Shown: positions 1 to 8,937 of the stretch, piece after piece
Position numbering within the stretch: the stretch's first letter is position 1
How the letters are laid out: each line of letters begins with the position of its first letter
Source: a virus
Taxonomy: Duplodnaviria > Caudoviricetes
Reading direction: 5' to 3' (one strand)
Virus record (IMG/VR): IMGVR_UViG_3300039000_000017
Coordinates: 1-37,609 of that record
DNA length: 37,609 nucleotides
The notes under the pieces: model-generated
The model's input: only the letters and a program-made list of their open reading frames with translations
Told to the model about the DNA's origin: nothing
Databases searched by the model: none
Position numbers and translations under genes: made by a program

Positions 1-145
1 GGCACCGGTCCAGCAGCAGGCACCCGTTCAGCAGTACGCACCGGCACCGGTCCAGCAGCAGGCACCTGTACAGCAGGCACCGGCAGCTGACAGCCCGTGG
101 ACTACCCCGCAGTCCTCCGAGCTGGCTCCGCCGCCCTTCCTGTAA
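1..145 (+). CDS. 3' end of a gene with a Pro/Gln/Ala-rich tail, possibly a single-stranded DNA-binding protein (partial)
   Basis: Frame 2 reads APVQQQAPVQQYAPAPVQQQ...SPWTTPQSSELAPPPFL*. A low-complexity linker ending in PF(L) is typical of SSB C-termini. Confidence 0.5.
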   Translation, partial: APVQQQAPVQQYAPAPVQQQAPVQQAPAADSPWTTPQSSELAPPPFL

Positions 146-174
146 ATCCCACAGCAGTATCGCAGTAATTAGTT

Positions 175-211
175 GTGCCCCCGTAGTTCCTGACTGCGGG
201 GGCACATCTTT
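175..211 (+). terminator. Intrinsic terminator
   Basis: gtgcccccgtagt / actgcgggggcac hairpin followed by atcttt. Confidence 0.65.
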
Positions 212-238
212 CCCCAATATTTTAGACAAGGATTTACA

Positions 239-580
239 ATGGACTTTTACGAATACGAGAATGCAGTAGCCTCCACAGCCATCTACCCGGAGTCAGGGGA
301 GGGATCGCTGACTGCCCTCAACTACACGGTGCTGGGGCTTGGCGGCGAGGCTGGGGAGATCCTCAACAAAGTCAAGAAGATCCACCGAGACAAGAACGGC
401 GTCCTCTCCATCGAGGACCGTGCAGAGGTCAGCAAGGAGCTGGGTGATGTACTCTGGTACGCGGCACGTACCGCTGCTGAGCTTGGCTACACTCTGGAAG
501 AGATCGCCTCATACAACGTCGAGAAGCTTGCCGACCGCCACGCACGCGGAGTACTCGCCGGGAACGGCGATAACCGCTAA
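239..580 (+). CDS. MazG-like nucleotide pyrophosphohydrolase
   Basis: LGLGGEAGEILNKVKK...KELGDVLWY motif; aagga RBS. Confidence 0.9.
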   Translation: MDFYEYENAVASTAIYPESGEGSLTALNYTVLGLGGEAGEILNKVKKIHRDKNGVLSIEDRAEVSKELGDVLWYAARTAAELGYTLEEIASYNVEKLADRHARGVLAGNGDNR

Positions 581-996
581 TGTTTGACTACAACAAACTT
601 GAAGAACTGTACACATCCATGGGCTTCCGGGCCGAAGTCGTCAGCGCCATTGTGTCGCTGGCCACAGTGCTCGACAAGCAGGGTCTTAGTGACTCGCAGA
701 AGCAAACCGTCTACCGCCTGCTAAGTGATGCAGGGCAGGAGAGCCTGAAAGAGGTTCCCGAAAAAGTAGTGACCGGTGAGTGGGCCGAATTCGACTACGG
801 CAACGTCAAAATCGGTGACTACGTCCGCGTCAAGCCAGACGCCTATGACTCCGAAACAGGCACTAAACACAACGGTCGCGTCGGTATTTTGAAGTACATG
901 GCACACAAACGATGCAACGTGGAGTACGTCGGAGCAGAGGGCGGAGAGGCCATGGCACACCCCATGGACAACCTTGAGTCCATTCGTCTCCGGTAG
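580..996 (+). CDS. Hypothetical protein with a C-terminal SH3/KOW-like segment
   Basis: TAATG overlap with the upstream gene; VKIGDYVRVK motif. Confidence 0.75.
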   Translation: MFDYNKLEELYTSMGFRAEVVSAIVSLATVLDKQGLSDSQKQTVYRLLSDAGQESLKEVPEKVVTGEWAEFDYGNVKIGDYVRVKPDAYDSETGTKHNGRVGILKYMAHKRCNVEYVGAEGGEAMAHPMDNLESIRLR

Positions 997-1033
997 AATA
1001 GATAGTCCACCCCAAAAACGAAAGAGGAGAAAG

Positions 1034-1267
1034 ATGGCTATCACAGTCTACTCCAAACCGGCCTGCGTGCAGTGCAATTCAACCTACCGCAAGCTGGACA
1101 AACACGGTGTTTCCTACCTCACAGTGGACATTTCCGAAGATGAACAAGCCTATGAGTATGTACAATCTCTCGGGTACGCACAGGTCCCCGTCGTAGTTAC
1201 AGACGAAGAACACTGGTCGGGCTTCAAGCCGGACAAGATCGCAGCACTCGCGGAGCAAGCTGCTTGA
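1034..1267 (+). CDS. nrdH: NrdH glutaredoxin-like protein
   Basis: MAITVYSKPACVQC...WSGFKPDKI; gaggag RBS before ATG 1034. Confidence 0.95.
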   Translation: MAITVYSKPACVQCNSTYRKLDKHGVSYLTVDISEDEQAYEYVQSLGYAQVPVVVTDEEHWSGFKPDKIAALAEQAA

Positions 1268-1659
1268 TCGTATATTTTAGCAACACTTCAGGCTACACAG
1301 CCAGATTTGTTGAGAAGCTTGATGAGCCTGCTTTGCGGATACCGTTGAAAACAGCGGATGCAGCTGAATTTACGGTTGATGAGCCGTTCGTCCTCATTGT
1401 TCCGACCTACGGAGCAAGCGGTGTCGGGTTTGTCCCAAAGCAGGTCATCAAGTTTCTAAACAATATCAATAATAGGACCTTAATCCGTGGTGTCATTGGC
1501 ACTGGGAGCCGCAATTTCTTGGATGATTACGCCAAAAGTGGTAGGATCATAAGTGAAAAGTGCGGGATCCCCCTGCTGTATACATTTGAACTCGCGGGCA
1601 TGGACGAAGACGTAGAGAACGTAAAAGAAGGACTGAAAAACTTTTGGGAAACAAAGTAA
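1264..1659 (+). CDS. nrdI: NrdI flavodoxin
   Basis: IVYFSNTSGYTARFVEKL, VPTYG, FELAG motifs; nrdHIEF context. Confidence 0.95.
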   Translation: MIVYFSNTSGYTARFVEKLDEPALRIPLKTADAAEFTVDEPFVLIVPTYGASGVGFVPKQVIKFLNNINNRTLIRGVIGTGSRNFLDDYAKSGRIISEKCGIPLLYTFELAGMDEDVENVKEGLKNFWETK

Positions 1660-3785
1660 CCGACGAGTCGTATATCGACCTCAACTCCAAGCTCAACCTC
1701 TGGACTGAAGACCACAAGATCGACTTCGAAGCGGACAAGGAAGCAGCCCGCCAGTACCATCTTCAGGAAGTCAACCGCAAATTCATGTATCACCCCTCCC
1801 TTGAGGAGAAGCTGGATTACCTGTTTGTCAACGGGTACTATGACAAGTCCGTCTGGGATAAGTATTCCGATGGGGATGTCAAGTTTCTGTACAAGACCGC
1901 CTATGGCTACAAGCACCGCTTCACCTCATTCCTTGGTGCCATGAAGTTCTACACGGCCTACGCCATGAAGTCCTTCGACGGCGAGACGTGGATGGAGCGC
2001 TTCGAAGACCGCGTTGTGGCTGTTGCTCTGGAGTTGGCTGACGGCGATGTCGATCAGGCTGTCCGCATCATCGAGGAGATCATCACAGGCCGTCTCCAGC
2101 CCGCAACGCCCACCTTCGCCAACTGCGGCAAGATGCAGCGTGGCGAGCGGGTCTCCTGCTTCCTTATTGACATTCAGGATTCGATGAACTCCATCGGTCG
2201 TGCTGTCAACACCGGCCTGCAGCTGTCCAAGCGTGGCGGCGGTGTCGGCTTCAACATCTCCAACCTGCGTGAATTCGGTGCTCCGATCAAGCAGCTGGAG
2301 AACATGGCTTCCGGCGTCCTGCCGGTCTGTAAGCTCTTCGATGACGCCTTCTCCTACGCCAACCAGCTGGGCTCCCGTCAGGGCGCGTGCGCGGTCTACA
2401 TCTCCGCACACCACCCCGATGTGTTCCGTGTGCTGGATGCGAAGAAGGAGAACGCGGATGAGAAGTCGCGCCTGAAGACGCTCTCGATCGGTCTGGTCCT
2501 CACGGACAAGCTCTATGAACTTGCCAAGAACGACGAAGTCCTCTACCAGTTCTCCCCGTACGACGTGGAGCGCTTCTACGGCATCCCGTTCTCCAAGGTG
2601 GACATCTCCGCAGAGTACGACAAGATGGTGGCCAACGGTGCGATCCGGAAGTACAAGCACAAGGACTACCCCAAGGCCCGCGACCTCTTCCAGATCATCG
2701 CTGAGATCCAGTTTGAATCCGGATACCCGTACATCCTGAACATCGACACCGTCAACCGTGCCAACCCAATCCACGGTACGATCGATATGTCAAACCTCTG
2801 TTCCGAGATTGTACAGGTGTCTACCCCTTCAGTTCTTCGTGACGACTTGTCGTATGAGGAGGAAGGCCGCGACATCTCGTGCAACCTTGCCTCCATGAAC
2901 GTCAAATACGCTATGGATGGCGGGAACCTCGGGGCCACCGTGGAAACGGCTGTACGCTTGCTGACACAGGTGTCCGACATCACGTCGATTGACTCCGTTC
3001 CGTCTGTCCGCAACGGCAACGACAAGTCGCACTCTATCGGTCTGGGGCAGTTCGGACTGCACCAGTTCTTCCTTACGGAAGGCATGCAGTATGGTGATAG
3101 TGATTCTCTTGACTTCACGAACATCTACTTCATGACTATCGCCTTCCACGCCCTACAGGCATCCAACATGATCGCATGGGAGCGCGGCAAGAAGTTCTTC
3201 GAATTCGAGAAGTCCCGCTATGCGGACCCGGCCTACCTAACCGAAAAGTACGCGGACCCGTCGATGGTCGAGCCGACAGAGCACATTGCGGACATCTTCG
3301 ACAAGTATGGCATCGAAATTCCGACTGCTGAAAACTGGGCTGAGCTTGCTGTCCGCATTGCCGAGCACGGCCTCTACAACGCTTACCTCATGGCCGTACC
3401 CCCAACTGGTTCTATCTCCTACGTCAACGGCGGAACGGCCTCCATCCACCCGTCTGTGGCTGCTGTGGAGATCCGTAAGGAGGGCAAGACCGGTCGTGTG
3501 GCATACGCTACGCCCGGTTTGACCAATGCTAACGTAGGCAGTTTCAAAGACGCGTACGATTTGGGCTGGAAAGCTGTTATCGACATTTATGCCGAAGCGC
3601 AGAAGCATGTTGACCAAGCAATGTCCCTCACACTGTTCTATAAGAACACGGATACGACCCGTACCTTGAATCAGGCCTACATTTATGCTTGGCGAAAAGG
3701 GATAAAATCGCTTTACTATTGTCGGGTACGAAGTGATACACTTGAGGGAACCGATATGGACAGCTGTGTATCTTGTACACTCTAG
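1644..3785 (+). CDS. nrdE: Class Ib ribonucleotide reductase large subunit
   Basis: PATPTF, VSCFL, SNLCSEI, PPTGSISY, KSLYY and C-terminal CVSC. The TTG start is approximate. Confidence 0.97.
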   Translation: MGNKVTDESYIDLNSKLNLWTEDHKIDFEADKEAARQYHLQEVNRKFMYHPSLEEKLDYLFVNGYYDKSVWDKYSDGDVKFLYKTAYGYKHRFTSFLGAMKFYTAYAMKSFDGETWMERFEDRVVAVALELADGDVDQAVRIIEEIITGRLQPATPTFANCGKMQRGERVSCFLIDIQDSMNSIGRAVNTGLQLSKRGGGVGFNISNLREFGAPIKQLENMASGVLPVCKLFDDAFSYANQLGSRQGACAVYISAHHPDVFRVLDAKKENADEKSRLKTLSIGLVLTDKLYELAKNDEVLYQFSPYDVERFYGIPFSKVDISAEYDKMVANGAIRKYKHKDYPKARDLFQIIAEIQFESGYPYILNIDTVNRANPIHGTIDMSNLCSEIVQVSTPSVLRDDLSYEEEGRDISCNLASMNVKYAMDGGNLGATVETAVRLLTQVSDITSIDSVPSVRNGNDKSHSIGLGQFGLHQFFLTEGMQYGDSDSLDFTNIYFMTIAFHALQASNMIAWERGKKFFEFEKSRYADPAYLTEKYADPSMVEPTEHIADIFDKYGIEIPTAENWAELAVRIAEHGLYNAYLMAVPPTGSISYVNGGTASIHPSVAAVEIRKEGKTGRVAYATPGLTNANVGSFKDAYDLGWKAVIDIYAEAQKHVDQAMSLTLFYKNTDTTRTLNQAYIYAWRKGIKSLYYCRVRSDTLEGTDMDSCVSCTL

Positions 3786-3795
3786 TTTAGAGCCT

Positions 3796-5479
<1,684 letters not shown>

Positions 5480-5485
5480 TGGTGT

Positions 5486-5692
5486 ATGGAACTTTTCACG
5501 AACGACATCGTCAAGCTTACGTCTGACGATTCGGAGAAGCTGGGCAAGATTGCAGAGATCGATACGGGCTTGGTCCGTATCGGGGATACGTGGTATGATC
5601 TAAACGTATACAGCATCGAAGTCCTCTTCTCCGAGTCGTCAGGTATCGGAAACCCTCTAGTTGACACGACCGAAACAGTCGTGATACAATAG
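5486..5692 (+). CDS. Hypothetical protein (68 aa), probably leaderless
   Basis: ORF starts at the predicted transcription start. Confidence 0.65.
   Translation: MELFTNDIVKLTSDDSEKLGKIAEIDTGLVRIGDTWYDLNVYSIEVLFSESSGIGNPLVDTTETVVIQ
5661..5690 (+). promoter_or_regulatory. SigA-like promoter for the tRNA cluster
   Basis: TTGACA-18-TACAAT with an extended TGn -10, just before tRNA-Trp. Confidence 0.7.
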
Positions 5693-5698
5693 AGTAAT

Positions 5699-5772
5699 GT
5701 GCAGGTAGCTCAGTTGGCCAGAGCGTCGGTCTCCAAAACCGAGGGTCGCAGGTTCGAATCCTGTCCGGCACG
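5699..5772 (+). tRNA. tRNA-Trp(CCA)
   Basis: Cloverleaf; tcggt-CT CCA AA-accga; GGTTCGAATCC T-arm. Confidence 0.92.
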
Positions 5773-5812
5773 CTTTATAACTGAATATGTGGTATCATCT
5801 ATATACACCTTT

Positions 5813-5886
<74 letters not shown>

Positions 5887-5897
5887 CGTAGTACCTT

Positions 5898-5968
5898 GGG
5901 GCATTAGCATAGTGGTAATGTATCTGGCTTCCACCCAGAGTAGAGGAGTTCGATTCTCCTATGCCCCT
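5898..5968 (+). tRNA. tRNA-Gly(TCC)
   Basis: ggggcat/atgcccc acceptor; tctgg-CT TCC AC-ccaga. Confidence 0.92.
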
Positions 5969-5980
5969 CGCAGTAAAAAT

Positions 5981-6055
5981 GCTTTCTTAGCTCAGTACGG
6001 CCAGAGCGTCGCTCTTGTAAAGCGAGGGTCGTCGGTTCGAATCCGACAGAAAGCT
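5981..6055 (+). tRNA. tRNA-Thr(TGT)
   Basis: gctttct/agaaagc acceptor; tcgct-CT TGT AA-agcga. Confidence 0.93.
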
Positions 6056-6070
6056 CGAATAATTGAATAT

Positions 6071-6143
6071 GCCTTCGAAGCTCAGGTGGTAGAGCGCTGG
6101 TTTGAAGAACCAGAGGTTACCGGTTCGACGCCGGTAGAAGGCA
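6071..6143 (+). tRNA. tRNA-Phe(GAA)
   Basis: ctggt-TT GAA GA-accag; accgg-TTCGACG-ccggt. Confidence 0.9.
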
Positions 6144-6178
6144 CGCTTAAGCACAGCAAACTATCGATAGGAATCATC

Positions 6179-6334
6179 ATGGCAACTCTGAACCCACTTC
6201 TCCAAGGATCCCAGTACACGGAGCGTACCGAAAACGCACGCATCGCTACTGTCAACCAGACGACAGGCAAGGCAGCCCCAACTGAAGTCTCCGAAAACCA
6301 GCGAATTTCCAAGGTCGCCAACAAGGGCCACTAG
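6179..6334 (+). CDS. Small hypothetical protein (51 aa)
   Basis: MATLNPLLQGSQYTERTENARIAT...ANKGH*; agga RBS; terminator downstream. Confidence 0.65.
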   Translation: MATLNPLLQGSQYTERTENARIATVNQTTGKAAPTEVSENQRISKVANKGH

Positions 6335-6348
6335 TACCAACTAGGATC

Positions 6349-6384
6349 GGCTCGTTGGTGAAAACCAACGGGCCTTTTCTTTTC
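6349..6384 (+). terminator. Intrinsic terminator
   Basis: ggctcgttggt-GAAA-accaacgggcc followed by ttttcttttc. Confidence 0.85.
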
Positions 6385-6386
6385 AT

Positions 6387-6460
6387 AGCTCACTAGGGGA
6401 ATTGGCAGACCCACCGGGTTTTGGTCCCGGGTTTTCTAGGTTCGAGTCCTAGGTGAGCTG
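6387..6460 (+). tRNA. tRNA-Gln(TTG)
   Basis: agctcac/gtgagct acceptor; ccggg-TT TTG GT-cccgg. Confidence 0.9.
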
Positions 6461-6470
6461 CGCAGTACAG

Positions 6471-6543
6471 TCCGGTATAGGGTAATTGGCATCCCGTCTG
6501 CCTCTGGAGCAGAAGATTCTAGGTTCAAATCCTAGTACCGGAA
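6471..6543 (+). tRNA. tRNA-Gln(CTG)
   Basis: tccggta/taccgga acceptor; tctgc-CT CTG GA-gcaga. Confidence 0.92.
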
Positions 6544-6598
6544 CAAAGCTTGTGGTTACTGGAAACAGCCCTGAGGGGAAGCTCGACCCAAGCCTCAA

Positions 6599-6673
6599 AG
6601 TCGCTTAGCTCAGTCTGGTTAGAGCACTTCTCTGATAAGGAAGATGTCGTGGGTTCAAATCCCACAGTGGCTA
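6599..6673 (+). tRNA. tRNA-Ile(GAT)
   Basis: cttct-CT GAT AA-ggaag; gtggg-TTCAAAT-cccac. Confidence 0.92.
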
Positions 6674-6686
6674 CGCAGTATAGTAA

Positions 6687-6760
6687 GCTCCGTTAGGGTA
6701 GCGGTCTATCCCCCCTGTTTTTCAGGCAGGAAATCGTCGGTTCGAATCCGACACGGAGTA
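6687..6760 (+). tRNA. tRNA-Glu(TTC)
   Basis: gctccgt/acggagt acceptor; cctgt-TT TTC AG-gcagg. Confidence 0.9.
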
Positions 6761-6890
6761 CTGGTTGTAGCTCAAAGTAGAGCACCTAGGGGATTCGGCG
6801 GTTGCAAACGTCGTCCCCTTCTCCGGAGTAATTACCCGGGGATCCCCATTAAGGAGGAGATTGTGGTGTAACGTCCACACGACCTACCCA
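6761..6890 (+). ncRNA. tRNA-like RNA with the anticodon loop replaced by a branched insertion
   Basis: ggttg/cgacc acceptor-like stem, TA-gctc-AAAGTA-gagc D-arm, tgtgg-TGTAACGT-ccaca T-like arm, 3' ...CCA, and a ~70-nt two-hairpin insert between cct/agg. Confidence 0.55.
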
Positions 6891-6891
6891 A

Positions 6892-6964
6892 GCTCCCTTG
6901 GACTAGCGGATATGTCGCTGCCCTCTCACGGCAGAGATCACGGGTTCGAATCCCGTAGGGAGTA
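6892..6964 (+). tRNA. tRNA-Glu(CTC)
   Basis: ctgcc-CT CTC AC-ggcag; canonical T-arm. Confidence 0.93.
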
Positions 6965-6985
6965 CAACGACGCAGAAAGGGAGTC

Positions 6986-7528
6986 ATGTATATCTTTGAG
7001 ACCATCCACGGATCCCGCCTCTACGGGCTCCACCACGCCGATAGCGACCACGACTACTTCAGGGTGCTCCGGTTCGGCGCGACCCAACGGACGAAACACA
7101 AGATCTCAGGATCCGATGACACGCTGACCCTGACATACCAGAAGTTCATGCAGCTGGCCAGTGATGGCCGTCCGCAGGCTCTGGAGGCCATGTACTCGAC
7201 CTGCCCCTCCACGGATGAGATCGCACACATCCGCAGGGACTTCCACCCCAGCCAGAGCGCCGTGATCGACACTTACTCCCGGACAATTCGAAGCTTTGCA
7301 CTCTGGGGAACACATAAAATGCGTCGGCACGCACTTCGTTTGTCACACAATCTGAACGATTTCCTTGCCGAGGGCCGATTCAACCCCACCCTCACGGACT
7401 CCGTGGCCGAAAGCATCACCACCGGAGCCCACACCGATGGTGATGCGTTCTTACGGCTGCTTCAGCGTAGGTCCACGATTAACCTCTTCGAGGACTATGA
7501 TTTGACACCTGCTGCAGGTGCTGTATAA
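6986..7528 (+). CDS. Nucleotidyltransferase, Pol-beta superfamily (RlaP/T4 NrdC.11-like)
   Basis: HGSRLYGL...SDHDY (GS...DxD) motif; ggag RBS. Confidence 0.8.
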   Translation: MYIFETIHGSRLYGLHHADSDHDYFRVLRFGATQRTKHKISGSDDTLTLTYQKFMQLASDGRPQALEAMYSTCPSTDEIAHIRRDFHPSQSAVIDTYSRTIRSFALWGTHKMRRHALRLSHNLNDFLAEGRFNPTLTDSVAESITTGAHTDGDAFLRLLQRRSTINLFEDYDLTPAAGAV

Positions 7529-7529
7529 T
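7502..7529 (+). promoter_or_regulatory. SigA-like promoter for the tRNA-Ser group
   Basis: TTGACA-16-TATAAT. Confidence 0.75.
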
Positions 7530-7538
7530 AGAGGTATT

Positions 7539-7622
7539 GGCGAATAAACCGGGCAGGTGCTCGGCACGGCTTTGAACCCCGCTGGCAGGTAACACTGTGG
7601 ATTTCGATTATTCTGTTCGCCG
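7539..7622 (+). tRNA. tRNA-Ser(TGA), 8/4 fold
   Basis: 8-bp acceptor ggcgaata/tgttcgcc; 6-bp D-stem ccgggc/gctcgg; loop TT TGA AC on a weak stem; variable arm; 4-bp T-stem. Confidence 0.75.
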
Positions 7623-7692
7623 CGTGTTGGTCGGGATTCTTAGCCGACTAGGGTTGTAACCTGTCTTAGTGCACTATGACGAAGAACTATAT

Positions 7693-7776
7693 GGATAGTA
7701 AACCCGTCGGGTGGCGGGCCACGCTTGGAAAGCGTGTGGCAGTGAAAGCTGTAGGACTCGGGCTCTTTGCTATCCA
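7693..7776 (+). tRNA. tRNA-Ser(GGA), 8/4 fold
   Basis: ggatagta/tgctatcc acceptor; cccgtc/ggcggg D-stem; cacgc-TT GGA AA-gcgtg; agga/tctt T-stem. Confidence 0.78.
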
Positions 7777-7843
7777 CTGGATGTCTGGGAAGGAACCGGA
7801 AAGCGCTCGAAACACAGCGTGTGACGGGAGTTCAGGCATTCTT

Positions 7844-7927
7844 GGAAAGTAAACCTGTCAGGTGACAGGGCCAGCCTCGAAAACTGGACGCTCTGCAAGG
7901 AGTGGGGATCGTGCCCTCTGCTTTCCG
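7844..7927 (+). tRNA. tRNA-Ser(CGA), 8/4 fold
   Basis: ggaaagta/tgctttcc acceptor; cctgtc/gacagg D-stem; loop CT CGA AA; gggg/cctc T-stem. Confidence 0.8.
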
Positions 7928-7967
7928 CGTAGTTGTACCTTCCTGCTGTATATGCTACCGTTAAATC

Positions 7968-8273
7968 ATGACTACTGAAGAGAATACACCCTGTAACCAC
8001 TGCGGGGCCGAGCCCGGAGAAATTCACCGCGAATGGGATGACATCGCCCGTTGCCACGAGTCTGGTCGGCAGCTGATATCTTGCTGGGATCGCGAATACC
8101 ACGAGTGTTCTCCTGACGTTTGGGACGGCGAGTGGCCCGGAGTAAAACGTTGTCGTGAGCTAGGACTGTTCACTGCTCCTGACTCTTTCTGGGGTGTGAC
8201 TGAGGATCTAAATACCCTCTTCTCTCGCGGAGTCTGGAACAAGGAGACACAGCAATTTGACGTTGCAAAGTAG
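7968..8273 (+). CDS. Hypothetical Cys/His-rich protein, possibly Zn-binding and leaderless
   Basis: PCNHCGAEPGEIH...CHESG..C; TTGTAC-17-TACCGT promoter ends 6 nt before the ATG. Confidence 0.75.
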   Translation: MTTEENTPCNHCGAEPGEIHREWDDIARCHESGRQLISCWDREYHECSPDVWDGEWPGVKRCRELGLFTAPDSFWGVTEDLNTLFSRGVWNKETQQFDVAK

Positions 8274-8301
8274 TGGACACGTAGTGTACAATTGATATAT
8301 T

Positions 8302-8370
8302 GGACGGGGCGCTGGGACGCACAAATCCTTTACACGGATTTTCCGCAGAGATCGATACTCTGACCGTCTA
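8302..8370 (+). tRNA. tRNA-Val(TAC) with a minimal D-arm
   Basis: ggacgg/ccgtct acceptor; aatcc-TT TAC AC-ggatt; cagag-ATCGATA-ctctg. Confidence 0.75.
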
Positions 8371-8485
8371 CTATCCCGACACCCATAACCACGGGTGATC
8401 ATCAAAGTGCTGGTATTACTTGCGGGTAGGAAAAGGCCAGACCGGAGACGTTGACACCCGGACAAATTGTCAGCACGGAAGCTCT

Positions 8486-8566
8486 GCCCTGATGGCGAAA
8501 CGGTAAACGTAGTGACCTCAAAAGTCGCGTCCTTCGGGAATGTGGGTTCGACTCCCACTTGGGGTA
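8486..8566 (+). tRNA. tRNA-Leu(CAA)
   Basis: gtgac-CT CAA AA-gtcgc; UUCG variable arm; canonical T-arm. Confidence 0.92.
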
Positions 8567-8571
8567 CGTAA

Positions 8572-8645
8572 GGATCCATAGCTCAGCTGGTCAGAGCACC
8601 GAACTCATAATTCGAGGGTCGTGGGTTCAAGTCCCACTGGATCCA
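8572..8645 (+). tRNA. tRNA with CAT anticodon (Ile2 or elongator Met)
   Basis: ggatcca/tggatcc acceptor; CT CAT AA loop; no initiator features. Confidence 0.9.
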
Positions 8646-8726
8646 CGTACGGACTTGTATGCTACGACGTTGCTTACCGGATCCGGAAACAGTCTCAACC
8701 TGAGACAGCGGTAAAAGCCCGCATAC

Positions 8727-8799
8727 GCCTCTATAGCTCAGCGGATAGAGTATCGCACTACGAATGCGACGGTCGGGGGTTCAAATCCCTCTGGGGGCA
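8727..8799 (+). tRNA. tRNA-Arg(ACG)
   Basis: tcgca-CT ACG AA-tgcga. Confidence 0.93.
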
Positions 8800-8800
8800 C

Positions 8801-8898
8801 TGATGTGTGAAAGATCGACATGATGTCGGAGTTCAGGCTGATTACCTGAATTGGTGGGTTCATCACCCATACTGGTTGAATTCCAGCTAACATATCAC
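8801..8898 (+). ncRNA. tRNA-Sec-shaped (allo-tRNA-like) RNA with a GAT anticodon
   Basis: tgatgtgt/acatatca; tcgaca/tgtcgg; ttcagg-CTGATTA-cctgaa; tgggt/accca; ctgg-TTGAATT-ccag. Confidence 0.6.
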
Positions 8899-8937
8899 TA
8901 GTCTAACGAATGAAAGACCAACGACAAAGGACGAAAG

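Noticed and set aside
1926-2774. Long antisense ORFs (also 13039-13761, 24350-24991, 29592-30293)
   Set aside because: These are shadow frames of GC3-rich genes on the opposite strand.
6761-6890. tmRNA
   Set aside because: It is only ~130 nt, has a true D-stem, and lacks a G3:U70 Ala acceptor and a tag reading frame.
7539-8898. Selenocysteine or stop-suppressor tRNA
   Set aside because: The Sec-like folds carry TGA, GGA, CGA and GAT anticodons, not TCA, CTA or TTA. The genes use TAA, TAG and TGA as normal stops, so there is no sign of recoding.
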